A DNA stretch of 63,870 bases, counting the filler, from Octopus bimaculoides (Eukaryota): the NCBI RefSeq assembly GCF_001194135.2. It is 5 parts of 3 records of this genome, joined end to end, with 100 filler letters (N's around TTAATTAATTAA, not from the genome) between each part and the next. Parts side by side here need not be neighbours in the genome. Positions count along the whole stretch, not along the records: positions 20,856 to 33,942 come from NC_068992.1; positions 34,043 to 58,125 come from NC_068987.1; 3 more parts are not named here. The stretch is one strand, 5' to 3'. Position 1 is the stretch's first letter. Each line of letters begins with the position of its first letter. Below are positions 24,481 to 37,249 of the stretch, in pieces. Under the pieces are notes generated by a model, which was not told the DNA's origin, ran no database searches, and saw only the letters and a program-made list of their open reading frames with translations. The position numbers and the translations under genes are program-made.

Positions 24481-24685
24481 GTACAATGTTACTACCAGTT
24501 CAAAAATGCGTGTGGCACGTTCCACTTCGTAAACAAACCATTCTCTTTATTTTGTCATGGAGAAAATTTCTCGCTGCAGGCAAATGGTGTAAATACACGT
24601 AAATCAGTTCACAGCGTCACCTTTCCAGACTGTGAGATGTAAGCATTTCGGTGTGGTTATCTCCTCTTCGGTCACAGACACTAGA

Positions 24686-24805
24686 CTGGGGACGCTACGA
24701 ACTGAGATAAAAGAGATTGTTTCTCTTATACTATTTCAGTCATCGCACGGTGACTGAAATAGCATGAGAGAAACAATCTCTTTTATCAGTTCGCAGTGTC
24801 CCCAG
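24686..24805. repeat. Near-perfect 120-nt inverted repeat (59/57-nt arms, 4-nt loop)
   Basis: Arms aligned by hand: 5 transitions and one 2-nt bulge; loop GCAC at 24745-24748. Confidence 0.95.
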
Positions 24806-25796
24806 CGCTATACGGCGGCTCACCGTAAGCATATATATATATATTTATACATATACGTATATATACATATATGCTAACATGCATATACATACGTATGTAT
24901 ATGTGCATGTATGCATTATATACAAATATCTGTGAGTATGTGTGTATGTAGGCAATATCTGTATGTTTTTTTACCCTAATACGTTCAGAAAACATAGGGG
25001 ATGTGGAGTATTAAGTTCGACAACCTAATAACTGTGAAAATGCGGGTTGCATCGTTTAGAGATATCTTTTAATCAGAAATATATACAGTTGCATCAACCT
25101 CATGATCTGCTGACGTGGTGGTGGTGGTGGTGGTGGTCGTCGTCGTCGTCGTCGTAGTAGTAATAGTAATTTTTATAGTTAGTTGCCTGCCACCATCACC
25201 AATATGGTTGCACAAGATAACAAACCTTATTGGCTCTGTCAATGAAAATGAAAAACCATACACAACTATGTAAACTTGAGCGCATGCCATTTTAGTGTTA
25301 TATACCTATTTATGTATATATATAATTATATATATGTAGCCATGTATGTATGTATGTATGTGGTATATCCATGTGTGTTTTGTTAAAGTACGATTAGAGT
25401 GCAGTGCACCTGATAATGTATAAAATCATTTGGGACTTGGGAACTAACTTAATGATCAAACTATTACGAACCGAATCTAAAGATTGGTTTCTACTACGCT
25501 TGTCTTGAGCGCGTGTTTGTTCGTATATGTGTGTGTGAGCAATTCTGTGTCTGTAGTGGGTTTCTGTGTGAATCTGTATATGTGCGCCTACGACTCTCTC
25601 TCTCTCTCTATATATATTTATCTATCTAACTATTATTCTGTCTGTTAGTCTATAAATATCCACCCCACCACATATATATAGACATACAATTTCTAATCGA
25701 CAGAAGTTACAAAAGTAACTCAAATGCCGAGAGTTTCGTATGTGGCACTTTTGCGTATTAAACATTATGTATACAATATATATCTGTTTAATGTAC

Positions 25797-25922
25797 ATGG
25801 CTGTGTGGTAAGTAGCTTGCTTACCATCCACATGGTTCCGGGTTCAGTCTCACTGCGTGGCACCATCGGCAAGTATCTTCTACTGTAGCCTCGGGCCAAC
25901 TAAAACCTTGTAAGTGGATTTG
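25797..25922 (+). mobile_element. SINE family B 5' half (tRNA-like head and CORE-like block)
   Basis: TGGCTGTGTGGTAAGTAGCTTGC..GGTTCCGGGTTCAGTCTCACTGCGTGGCACCATCGGCAAGTATCTTCTAC. Confidence 0.9.
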
Positions 25923-26449
25923 ATACACGCACATATATATATAAATATAGATATATATGTACATGTATCTCCTAAAGTATTCAACAGTGACTACTTCTGT
26001 TAACAACAACAGATTTCTATACAGTCTTTCGCTCTTTTTTCTCGAAGGTTTTGAACCGGGTGACTTAGAAGAGAAGTACGGACTGGCATTTTCTGATTCC
26101 TCACTGTTGATGCCGAAATTCCTGTTGAGTTATGAAGATATACATTTTAGAATTTTACTACAACTGAATAAAGTTACACTAAACATGTTTAATTCATGTT
26201 TGAAGCGAATGAATCAAACATACGGTTAAGTTTATGAATTACTTGAATGCTGGTGTTGGTCTTGTGCCAGTTGGCATAATGGCGATCTCACTCATGAAGC
26301 TTGATTTATTTGGCATCAACTTTACTATGTTCTTGTAATGCCAAAATCACTCTGGATGAATTAAATGGTAACAGAGCAGTTGCATTTTTATTTAATTGTG
26401 GTTGCGGATGAAAGGGTAAACACGGAAGTGAAGATAATGAAAATTCTTT

Positions 26450-26640
26450 CTTCTGTAGGTACAAAGTCTGAAATTTTGGTGGTCGATTCCATCGACCTCC
26501 CCACCACCTAGTGCTCTGCTGGTACCTATTTCTACGACCTTATGAAGAAGAAAGACCCAAAGTTTGGTGGGAGAAGCTAAACGATTATATCCTACTATTG
26601 CTTGACTGGTACCTTATTTTATCCAGCCATAAGAATGAGA
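26450..26640 (-). mobile_element. Decayed SINE family A pieces
   Basis: TAGGTACAAAGTCTGAAATTTTGG..CTGGTACCTATTT; second TTGACTGGTACCTTATTTTATC. Confidence 0.55.
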
Positions 26641-26759
26641 TTCTGTGTGTTCGCTTGGTCTGCTAGAAATAGGAGCAAAACCCCTCTGAAATAACATCCA
26701 AAGTCTTACCAAACAGAAGTACCACAGATATTGAACAATGAAATTGCTAATAAATAAGA

Positions 26760-26810
<51 letters not shown>

Positions 26811-27092
26811 NNNNNNNNNNNNNNNNNNNNNNNNNNNNNNNNNNNNNNNNNNNNNNNNNNNNNNNNNNNNNNNNNNNNNNNNNNNNNNNNNNNNNNNNNN
26901 NNNNNNNNNNNNNNNNNNNNNNNNNNNNNNNNNNNNNNNNNNNNNNNNNNNNNNNNNNNNNNNNNNNNNNNNNNNNNNNNNNNNNNNNNNNNNNNNNNNN
27001 NNNNNNNNNNNNNNNNNNNNNNNNNNNNNNNNNNNNNNNNNNNNNNNNNNNNNNNNNNNNNNNNNNNNNNNNNNNNNNNNNNNNNNNNNNNN

Positions 27093-27134
<42 letters not shown>

Positions 27135-27812
27135 TGAGAGTGAAAGAAAGTTATATGTATACACATATGTATGCATATGTATGCATGTGTATATATCTAC
27201 TATATTAATGTGAGTGTATGTGTGATTAACCTAGTAAGGCTCTGAAACGGTGCCTCCATGAGATAAACGAATTTAATTTTCGAAATCTGCATTCCACAGA
27301 ATAGGTCGTTTATAGATAATAATAAAAAAAATATATTATTTGCCGCGAGAAATAACTCAACCTTTAGATCGACAACTCTCTGTCTATACCTTTCACCACC
27401 AATGTATTTTTCTCTATTTATTTATCATAATCCATGACACTCATTCTCTTTGTATATATATTAACTCTCACCCCCTGCTTTCATTTTGTTTAAAACCTCT
27501 TATGTTTATTTCCCTTCATGATACACAGTTATTCTGCACAAAATGCTTAGCTATCAAATCCTGTTTTCTGATTGGATAAAAACGATCAATCTTTAAACCT
27601 CTGTGACATTTTACTAATATTTTTCTGGAATAAATTAACCACGAAGTCGGAATCAGCGAGAAATAGTGCATCAATATACCAAATTTGAATTTTCACTCAA
27701 TTTTAAAATTTCAAAATCTGTGACAGAAACAAAAAAGATGTCTCTATAAGCCTATCTCTTTCATTTTCTCATGGTAACCTTTCTCACTCTCAATAAAAGT
27801 ATATCACTCAAC

Positions 27813-27852
<40 letters not shown>

Positions 27853-27874
27853 AGTGTATGTGTATGCGTGAGCA

Positions 27875-28064
27875 TAAGGAATTTCATTAGCGCAACAGAG
27901 TGATTTAAAAACGAACAGGTGTTGCAAAGAGTGACCGGTAGAGCGGAAATGGCGTGAGACCGGAGTGTCATTGCTGAGTCGGATGTCTCGGAGTTGTTCC
28001 GTGAACCGGTCAGTCAAGCGGCGTCTCGTTTGCCCGATGTATAGAGAAGGGCAGAGAGAGCAGG
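27875..28064 (-). mobile_element. Penelope-like element GIY-YIG fragment
   Basis: CSLCPSLYIGQTRRRLTDRFTEQLRDIRLSNDTPVSRHFRSTGHSLQHL; YIGQT is the GIY-YIG motif; close to 57175-58075. Confidence 0.9.
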
Positions 28065-28388
28065 NNNNNNNNNNNNNNNNNNNNNNNNNNNNNNNNNNNN
28101 NNNNNNNNNNNNNNNNNNNNNNNNNNNNNNNNNNNNNNNNNNNNNNNNNNNNNNNNNNNNNNNNNNNNNNNNNNNNNNNNNNNNNNNNNNNNNNNNNNNN
28201 NNNNNNNNNNNNNNNNNNNNNNNNNNNNNNNNNNNNNNNNNNNNNNNNNNNNNNNNNNNNNNNNNNNNNNNNNNNNNNNNNNNNNNNNNNNNNNNNNNNN
28301 NNNNNNNNNNNNNNNNNNNNNNNNNNNNNNNNNNNNNNNNNNNNNNNNNNNNNNNNNNNNNNNNNNNNNNNNNNNNNNNNNNNNNNNN

Positions 28389-28433
<45 letters not shown>

Positions 28434-28599
28434 AAGCAAACGGATATATGCAATAAATATTTGTGCATATATGTTTCATCATTCCACACATATATATAAA
28501 CAGAACCAAATGGATATATGTAACACACACACACACGCACACACACACACACACGCACACACACACACACACGCACACACACACACACACAATATCTCA

Positions 28600-28644
<45 letters not shown>

Positions 28645-29153
28645 TGTGTGCGTGTGAGAGCATATATCCGTTTGTCTGTGTTTACATGTGTGTTTATATA
28701 GTCATACCCCACTGCCATAAAAATACGTTGTCTCAGGAACGAGTATATATTTCAGCATAAATCTATGTCTTCTTTTCATTGCCTCACCGTTTTCATCAAT
28801 GTAGAATAATAATATCCAAGCGCTAAGGTTTCACAGTAACATATCCGGGTTTCCGTTCGTATATTCTTCAACCAAACATAATTTGATTTTGGATATTTTT
28901 TTTTTCATGCCATCCAACACCCAAGCAAGGGAGGGGTTGAAGACAGTAGGGATGGGGGTTTATAGAGGTGAGGAAATTCCATTTTATTTGGCAACTATTA
29001 CTTAATTCCATTCATGCTTTTCATTCCACTCATATGCCACTTCCCAGAGGGTCACGCAGAATTGAATTCAAGGACGTAAAATTAGGACGATGCACCGACT
29101 CATCCACACATATAGTTAAATACAATACACGGTTTAGAGATGTAATCATATGC

Positions 29154-29197
<44 letters not shown>

Positions 29198-29271
29198 GTA
29201 TTATATACAAACACATATTTTAGGCTTGCACCCCCAAATTCTTTTCCTATCCATAAACAAACTTAACTTAC

Positions 29272-29409
29272 CAAAATTCTTCGACTTCTCTTTCGCTGAG
29301 CTTTGTGTGTTTTCTTTTGCTACTAACGACGATTTCAGCTACCGTGATGTACCCTTCTCGTCTCCAGCCGCCATTACATTTATATCGCATATATCACGCC
29401 TCACCTAAT
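29272..29409 (-). other. Candidate 138-nt exon, coding status unclear
   Basis: Acceptor GAATTTCCTCCTCTAG, donor TTG|GTAAGTT; not open from its first base in any frame, but an internal ATG gives MRYKCNGGWRREGYITVAEIVVSSKRKHTKLSEREVEEF. Confidence 0.2.
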
Positions 29410-29909
29410 CTAGAGGAGGAAATTCAGTGCTGGGCATCCTTTTACAGGAACTCCGAAAATGGTGAGAAGAAGAGATAACTCGATCCTCAGACTGGAGACC
29501 TGGATCGAATATTTGCCACAGATGTGTTCCGCCGAAGGAACCCAAGGTCCAGATAAAAGTGTTAAGACGATTCACGGATTATATCAACCGGAAAGAGCAT
29601 AAGCGATCCTTTCCGATGAATTTCCGTGCGGTTTCCGTCAGTCGAATTTCAATCACATGGTTTTGGTTGACCAGGGACTATGAGAGAGGATACTTGCCGT
29701 ACAATGAAACCGATCACAAGATCGCATTGTTGTGAAGCAAACTTTTAGAACCATTGAACCATATATCTGCACCACTGCAGATATACCCACCTACCACAAA
29801 GAAAAACAAAACAAAATAAAAAAAAACACACTCACAAGTTTTTACTCGGTCACTGATATAGGGTTTTTCGCCAAACACTTAACTCACTATGTCCACTTAG
29901 CTGTATATT

Positions 29910-30085
29910 GGTTTCAAAATTGGCACAAGGCCACCAATTTCGGGGGGTAGGTAATAAGTCGATTACATCAGCCCCAGTGCTCAACTGTTACCTATTTTAT
30001 CGACTCCAAAAGGTATTTGAACTCAGAACGGACGAAGTGCTGCTAAACATTTTTCCCGGCGTGCTAACGATTCTGTCAATTTGCC
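29910..30085 (-). mobile_element. SINE family A with internal deletion
   Basis: GGCACAAGGCCACCAATTTCGG..AAGTCGATTACATC..TTTGAACTCAGAACG..GGCGTGCTAACGATTCTG. Confidence 0.8.
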
Positions 30086-30206
30086 ACATTGTACTTAAAT
30101 GTATATTTAGTAAACAACATTACACTATGTAGGCAGTAGTATCGCTGTAAAGCAGACGCGTGTACGTTGGCCCCATAATAGTCGTACTTAAAGCCATGCT
30201 AAACTT

Positions 30207-30380
30207 AAGCTGGCACTTCGTCGGTTTCGACGACGAGGGTTCCAGTTGATCCGATCAACGGAACAGATTGCTCGTGGAATTAACGTGCAAGTGGCTGAGC
30301 ACTTCACAGACACGCATACCTTTAACGTAGTTCTCAGGGAGATTCAGTATGAAACAGAATGTGACAAAGTAGGCCCTTTC
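30207..30380 (-). mobile_element. SINE family C 3' module
   Basis: TGGCAC..GACGAGGGTTCCAGTTGATCCGATCAACGGAACAG..TTAACGTGCAAGTGGCTGAGCAC. Confidence 0.9.
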
Positions 30381-30384
30381 GGTC

Positions 30385-30462
30385 TCTTATGCTGAACTGT
30401 TTAGTTTCGGGGACGTAAACACAGCACCACCGATTGTCAAGCGGTGGTGGAGGACAAGCACA

Positions 30463-30531
<69 letters not shown>

Positions 30532-30692
30532 CGAGCTTCTTTCAGTTTCCATCTACCAAATCCACTCACAAAGCAATTGTCGGCCCGAGGCTATAGTAGA
30601 AGACACTTGCCGAAGGTGCCACGCAATGGGACTGAACCCAGAACCATGTGATTAGGAAGCAAGCTTCATACCACAGAGCTACACATGCGCCT
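30385..30692 (-). mobile_element. SINE family B with internal (CA)n
   Basis: Head GGCGCATGTGTAGCTCTGTGGTATG.., CORE-like CCTTCGGCAAGTGTCTTCTAC, internal microsatellite, body CGCTTGACAATCGG..GTTTACGTCCCCG. Confidence 0.9.
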
Positions 30693-31598
30693 TCAAACTC
30701 TGATAAAACAATAGAAAATAAATAAATAGATAAATGAATGAAAAGAAAAAAAAGTACTCGGCGGAGGTACTTGCTATCTGTTACTTTGGATTCGGTTACG
30801 GGAGCTTTCAATGTAATATTCCTCAGATGAATTTAAAAATTCCGTTGCAAATATAAAGTAATAAAGGATTAGTATCAGAAAATATATATTCTTATTAGCA
30901 CTGCCGCATCAAAGAAGACTGACTATTGGGATTTAATCTGGATTCAGGTAAAGAAACATGCAGTTACATAAGTACCACCACCACACCCGCCAACAACTAC
31001 TACTCTACTACCACCTCACACAAGGGATCACTTTTTCTCAGATTTGTCATGTCAGCAAACGCAGTCTATAGATTCGCTTTTATCACATTTTCTGACAATA
31101 ACGCCTGTTATTTTCTTTCTAGATATCCCTTTCTGGGAATAACATTTGTAATTTTCCTTCTAAGTTTTCCTTTCTGGTAATAACGGCTATTATTTCCTTT
31201 CCAAGTTTTCTTTCAGAAGTAACTTTAAAGACCTTGTCGCTGTAGGTTGAGCAAATCCAACATCTTTTTTTTTTATCTGTATTTTGAATTTCTAACTAAA
31301 ATAACCATGTTTATTAACGTTATTAACTCTTCTGGTGTGGATTCAAGTAGAAATTGATCTTAGTACATCGGTACTAAGGAAACCTGCCGGAAGGGACCAC
31401 AAGATAGTTGAACGAGAAATGAAGGGATCAACGAGAGGGTAATAACCACTTCTTATAGAGAAACTTATACAGTACTGGAAAGAAACAAGACAAGACTAAA
31501 ATCCAACGCAGCGCAGAAAAAATAAATTAGAAGACATGGCAATTAAGAGGTGATAGCCATCTCCAATGAAATTTGTCTCGTGCAGTGGCAAAATGTCT

Positions 31599-31800
31599 GC
31601 CATATTTCCCGGTATACAAGTCGGCGTAGTATATAGTGTAAACATGTAGTGTAAACATTCAAATACTGTTGCTATTTTTCCAAATCCTGCCCCATTTGAT
31701 ATGAAATTTTTGGTCCATTAAAGAGTTTTAGTGTCGTTCCATGTTTCTTGGCTGTAAATTTTGGCCAGAAAATTTCACCTTGTACGCCGGAAAATACAGT
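31599..31800. mobile_element. Probable pogo/Tigger-type MITE
   Basis: Degenerate terminal inverted repeats CCATATTTCCCGGTATACAAG and CTTGTACGCCGGAAAATACAG (mismatches are C/T or G/A transitions, mostly CpG-type); TA TSD not retained. Confidence 0.5.
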
Positions 31801-33942
31801 TAAAAGAATTATGAATGATATAAAATAAATGTAGCTTATAAATATATGCAACAGTCGTCGCCTATGTCAAAGTTTGAACCATCTAAAAATTGAAAGATAG
31901 GCTACTCGTTTCAGCTTTACTTTGCTGTGCATTCCTTCTTACATACATAATATAAATAGAAGTGACTGCCGAAATGAAAATATTCATCGCATATTTTGTC
32001 TCTCATATAAAATAACACAGCTCTAGCGATCCTGCGTATCAGTGAATTGGAAATATGGCAAGGCAAGGTGGATCAGGAATATAGAATCAAGCTGTGACAA
32101 AAATGTTATTTATTTTGGCACATGTTTAACTTTTACTTTCTCGTCAAACCATATCAAGTGTGGTAGGGTAAGGTTCTGGTTCTAGTGTCAGGTGAAAGAG
32201 GATTAAAGGGTGGAATAGTGGGTCCTTTTTCTGGTATTTTCTTCAAACATTGCAATCATGGCATTCGAGAACATTCTGGGGTTTATTAGGAGATGTAACC
32301 CAAGTTTATGCCTTTCTAATTGTTCACGTTTTACATATTTTGCTTTCTTTGTTTTTAAAGTTCATCTTATTTTAGTATTATCAAACTTGGTTTACAACAT
32401 TCTTAGTTCAAGTCCCACCGAGATTAGATTTAGCTTTCGGCTTTCTGGCGTCGATAAAATAAAGTACCAGTCTAGCATGTATGTATACATACACACATAT
32501 ATAAACACACACATATATGTATATATACATATATACATGCTCAGACATATACACAAAATTGTGTGCATATTCATGCATAAAGCAACAAGGAAACAAAAAC
32601 ACACAGACATATATATATATATATATACACACACACATATACATATACATATATATATATATATATATATNNNNNNNNNNNNNNNNNNNNNNNNNNNNNN
32701 NNNNNNNNNNNNNNNNNNNNNNNNNNNNNNNNNNNNNNNNNNNNNNNNNNNNNNNNNNNNNNNNNNNNNNNNNNNNNNNNNNNNNNNNNNNNNNNNNNNN
32801 NNNNNNNNNNNNNNNNNNNNNNNNNNNNNNNNNNNNNNNNNNNNNNNNNNNNNNNNNNNNNNNNNNNNNNNNNNNNNNNNNNNNNNNNNNNNNNNNNNNN
32901 NNNNNNNNNNNNNNNNNNNNNNNNNNNNNNNNNNNNNNNNNNNNNNNNNNNNNNNNNNNNNNNNNNNNNNNNNNNNNNNNNNNNNNNNNNNNNNNNNNNN
33001 NNNNNNNNNNNNNNNNNNNNNNNNNNNNNNNNNNNNNNNNNNNNNNNNNNNNNNNNNNNNNNNNNNNNNNNNNNNNNNNNNNNNNNNNNNNNNNNNNNNN
33101 NNNNNNNNNNNNNNNNNNNNNNNNNNNNNNNNNNNNNNNNNNNNNNNNNNNNNNNNNNNNNNNNNNNNNNNNNNNNNNNNNNNNNNNNNNNNNNNNNNNN
33201 NNNNNNNNNNNNNNNNNNNNNNNNNNNNNNNNNNNNNNNNNNNNNNNNNNNNNNNNNNNNNNNNNNNNNNNNNNNNNNNNNNNNNNNNNNNNNNNNNNNN
33301 NNNNNNNNNNNNNNNNNNNNNNNNNNNNNNNNNNNNNNNNNNNNNNNNNNNNNNNNNNNNNNNNNNNNNNNNNNNNNNNNNNNNNNNNNNNNNNNNNNNN
33401 NNNNNNNNNNNNNNNNNNNNNNNNNNNNNNNNNNNNNNNNNNNNNNNNNNNNNNNNNNNNNNNNNNNNNNNNNNNNNNNATGTATAGGGTGATAAATTGA
33501 ATATTAATTCAATTTAAAACCAAGTGGCCTAGCATATAAAATAATCTGAAAATTCAGAAAAAATTGTACTACACGTGTATACGGGATGACCACTAGGTGG
33601 ACATCCAATATGCTAGAAAGAGGTCATCAACGACCAAACCACAAAGAAAAATAATGTTCTCCAGAAAAAACTTAATATTTCTATTTAGAGATATTAATAT
33701 TTGTATTGAGAAGGGGCAAATACCCCGAAACTGGTCTGTGGATGTTGAACCAGCAAGGGAAACTGTTAGCCTCCCCTGTTCGAAGGTTGTAATGGACATA
33801 GGTTTGTGTGTCACATACCTAGCTATTTTCCTGGACTGCTATGTTAGCTTGGCGATAACTATTAATATCCAAGTACTGGTGCCGTACCTCCTTTAGAAAG
33901 ATTTAAAAATATTAATATATATATATATGTGTGTGTGTATAT

Positions 33943-34042
33943 NNNNNNNNNNNNNNNNNNNNNNNNNNNNNNNNNNNNNNNNNNNNTTAATTAATTAANN
34001 NNNNNNNNNNNNNNNNNNNNNNNNNNNNNNNNNNNNNNNNNN
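33943..34042. other. Artificial scaffold-join spacer
   Basis: 44 N + TTAATTAATTAA (33987-33998) + 44 N. Confidence 0.95.
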
Positions 34043-34064
34043 TATGCCTGCAGTATACTACTAA

Positions 34065-35420
34065 CCGCCGGCAATCTCCCCTTCTTCTTCTTCTTCTTCT
34101 TCTTCTTCTTCTTCTTCTTTTTTTTTTCTCCCTTGTACAATGGGAGGGCGTAGTTCTTCCGCTTTATCCGGAGGATCTTCCGTCCCTCCTGCAGCCTTGG
34201 GGTCCTTCGGTGGGCATCTATTGTTGACCACCTTCTTCCTTTTCTTCTCTTTTTCCGAGGAGTTCTCCACCTTCTCGTCTGCCTCCATCTCTCCCTCCGA
34301 AGGAGGAGGGAATGCTACTTTTATTAAGTGCTACAGGACCCTACTTTGGTCTTGGGAACAGTTCTTCGTAATATGGCTCGGTTCTAGGCACAGGTGACAC
34401 TTGTTGGATGTCCCTCAAGTATCATTGGGTACCTGCAACCGGTCATTTTCAAAACATATGGAAATACCAGATCTTTAGCGGCTGATTGGGACCATAGGGT
34501 GAAAACCGCTTTTGACCCTTTCCAATCAGTCGCCAGCAACAATTTCCCATTTAAAAGATTGGAACCGCTGTCACCCAGACCCCGGCGGATAGTGTCCTCT
34601 ATCCATTCCTGTTCAATGCAAGGCGGCAGCCTTGTTAATGTCTTCTCTTGTTAATTTCTTCTCATAATATGTGGGAAGAAACGGAATCTCTTGTCCTTCT
34701 AAGGGCTGGCCCCTAAATTTGTGAGCCACCAAAGAGGTGTCAAATAGCAACCACACCGTTGCATATTTAGCACCCTTGGAAATAAACTTAATAGTTGGCG
34801 TATGCTCTATCAACTCATTTTCTATATCTGTCATAGGAAAGACAACGATGGTGTCGAGTGACTTAGAATAAATCCTCAACGCCACCGTTCTTTCCTCTAA
34901 GTTTTTTAGCCATTGCTTGAGTGGGATGATTTCCCACTCCAACGCAGTGTTCAATTTTTCGCTATGCTGTGAAGAAAAAGTTCAGGTAACAGTTAGAAAA
35001 AACAATAAAAGTCCAAACAAAGTCAAAAAACAGTTCGAAGGAAGACAAAGAAGTGAAAAAAGAAAGAAGGGAGACAGTTAAAAACACGGCAACACACAAT
35101 TCCGGCCAACCGGTACTCCTGGCCAAAAGGTGCTCCAAAGGTACTCCAAAAGTGAAAACACAGCTTCAAAAAAATCCACCACAAACTGGTAAAAATTCAG
35201 AAAATCTTTCACAAAAGTTTCACAATTTTTGGAGGCGGGATACTCCCCCAAAACAGCACTCTTCTCACAGCTAAGTGAGACAGCGTCATTATAGGCAGAC
35301 AAATGCCTCGAAATCCAGTGTAGATTTCTTGTTCGAAAAAAAAAATGGACAACAAACCCCCTCTGAATCCCCAAAAAACAAATGTCTTACCTAATAGTCG
35401 CGCCTTCACAGGTCATCAAT
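34065..35420 (-). mobile_element. L1/Tx1-type LINE 5' part: T-rich 5' UTR and frameshifted ORF1 with a CCHC zinc knuckle
   Basis: EERTVALRIYS..GAKYATVWLLFD..FLPTYY, then TRLPPCIEQEW..YPMILEGHP, then KCHLCLEPSHITKNC (C-x2-C-x4-H-x4-C) and a charged K/E tail; cut off by the spacer. Confidence 0.7.
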
Positions 35421-35711
35421 TCAAGACCGCTGCAAAGCAATGTCTTGACAACACCAGTGCAGAAGTAAAACTAACTAACCTATGAGCTACTTACCGCAAA
35501 GCCACTCCTCATTTACATATGAGTTTGTACTTAGGAAATTACTGCTCCTGCAGTTTGAGTTACGAATCTACATATGCAAATTAAGTTATGTTTTCCCGAT
35601 TGTACTCTTTATTGACTTCATATATATCGAAGTAATATTAATCTTTCTCTGTCTAGTTTCAAATTTCGGCACTGGGGCAGCATTTTTCTCTTTCTTTTTG
35701 TTGTATGAGAG

Positions 35712-35862
35712 AGTTCCATGTCGGTTACATCGAACCCAAGTACTTGACTGGTACGTATTTTATTGTCCACGAGAGGATGTTAAAGCAGAACATAAAGACG
35801 AGCAATATGCAGCTCAGCATTTTGTCCGGCGTGTTACTGGTTTTGACTGTTCACCGCCTTTC
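35712..35862 (-). mobile_element. SINE family A, decayed
   Basis: GTCGGTTACATCGAACCCAAGTACTTGACTGGTAC..AGCATTTTGTCCGGCGTGTTAC. Confidence 0.7.
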
Positions 35863-36444
35863 TCTCAACGAAAGTAATCAAATGATTTAAAACGATGCGC
35901 AGAAATATTCTATTAGGAACGTAAATACATTACATACAGAAGTTGACCGGTGTTATATAAAGTCCATTACTGATACACTTTGCTTTCAGGCGACTTAATA
36001 GAACTAGATACAAGTATATATCGGGTGAACGCAGCTCTCTTTGCTAAAATATGCAGAGAAATATAAAATTAATGAACATTTCCCTGCTTTGTACATGATG
36101 AAATACTCTTTTGAATTTTACTTGAAGGACAAAGAACTCTATAGAATTGACTTGCGGTAGATACATGAAAAATGAAAGCAAGTGTTTTCCTAGGATTAAA
36201 TAATATGTTAATCTTTGGCGATTACGAAAACCTCCTTCGTCATTCTATTGTTGCTGTTTAAATTAGCATTTTTATGATGCAAAAGAAATGGGATTACAAA
36301 TCATCATCAAATGAAACACTACTAGTAATTCCCAAAGTGGCCACTAATGTACCGAGTAGATGCAATAGCAGCAGGTTTACTAAAATGTTCGGATATTCAT
36401 CAAAATTCATTTTGATATTTTTAGGGTTTATTAACAACAATAAT

Positions 36445-36652
36445 GACGGAAGACTAGCAAAAGAGTTTGCACCTCGGATTAAATGTTTAGTGGTATTTCA
36501 TCCGCCTTTAAATTCTAAATTCAAATTCCGCCGAGGTTGACTTTGCTTTTCATCTCTTTGAGGTCGATGCAATATCTACCAGTCAAACATTAGGGTCGAT
36601 GTAATCGACTAACCTCATGCCCCAATGTCAGTCCTCGTGCCTATAATAGAAG
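36445..36652 (+). mobile_element. SINE family A
   Basis: AAATGTTTAGTGGTATTTC..TTCAAATTCCGCCGAGGTTGACTTTGCTTTTCATC..GGGTCGATGTAATCGACTAAC. Confidence 0.85.
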
Positions 36653-37084
36653 AAAACAAAAGTATATTGCATGATCCACATTTGTGAATACAGGATAGTA
36701 CGATATTTTTGTGTCAACTCTGCTTAACTGAATGTATAGTGAAAATCATACCGGCCTTTTGATTTCTATTCAGACAAAATATCACATTGGTAACATTATC
36801 CATTCCGTCCCATTTGAGACGTTAACCTGTGATGTGAAAGACGTTTGCTTGCAGACTTTAGTATATCATGAAGGGACCTTGCGGTGACATCGTCGAAGCT
36901 CAAGAAAAAAGTGAGTACATAAAATTTTGGGAATAGAATGTTATACAACTTTAAAATTGATATTTAATACCATTAGAAGCCTTTTCGTAATTATTCTAAC
37001 AGGATTTTGTGATAGCTCGTTTATCCTTTACCTTTTACTTATGTCAGTCATTAGAATACTACCATGCCCGTGCACAGCCTTGAA

Positions 37085-37235
37085 GAATTTTTATTTGAAT
37101 GCATCGACCCAATTCTTCTTTCTTTTAAGCCTGGTACTTATTCCATAGGTTTCTTTTGCCGAGCCGCTAAGATACGGGGATGTAAACACACTAGTACCGG
37201 CTGTCAAGTGGTTGGGTATGGGGAGTACAACACAC
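37085..37235 (-). mobile_element. SINE family B 3' part
   Basis: ATCGACCC..AAGCCTGGTACTTATTCCATAGG..TTTTGCCGAGCCGCTAAG..GTAAACACAC. Confidence 0.75.
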
Positions 37236-37249
37236 ACGCATACATCTTA

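Noticed and set aside
34061-34288. Poly-Glu ORF as a host gene
   Set aside because: It lies downstream of the zinc knuckle on the same strand and is better read as the low-complexity tail of the LINE ORF1.
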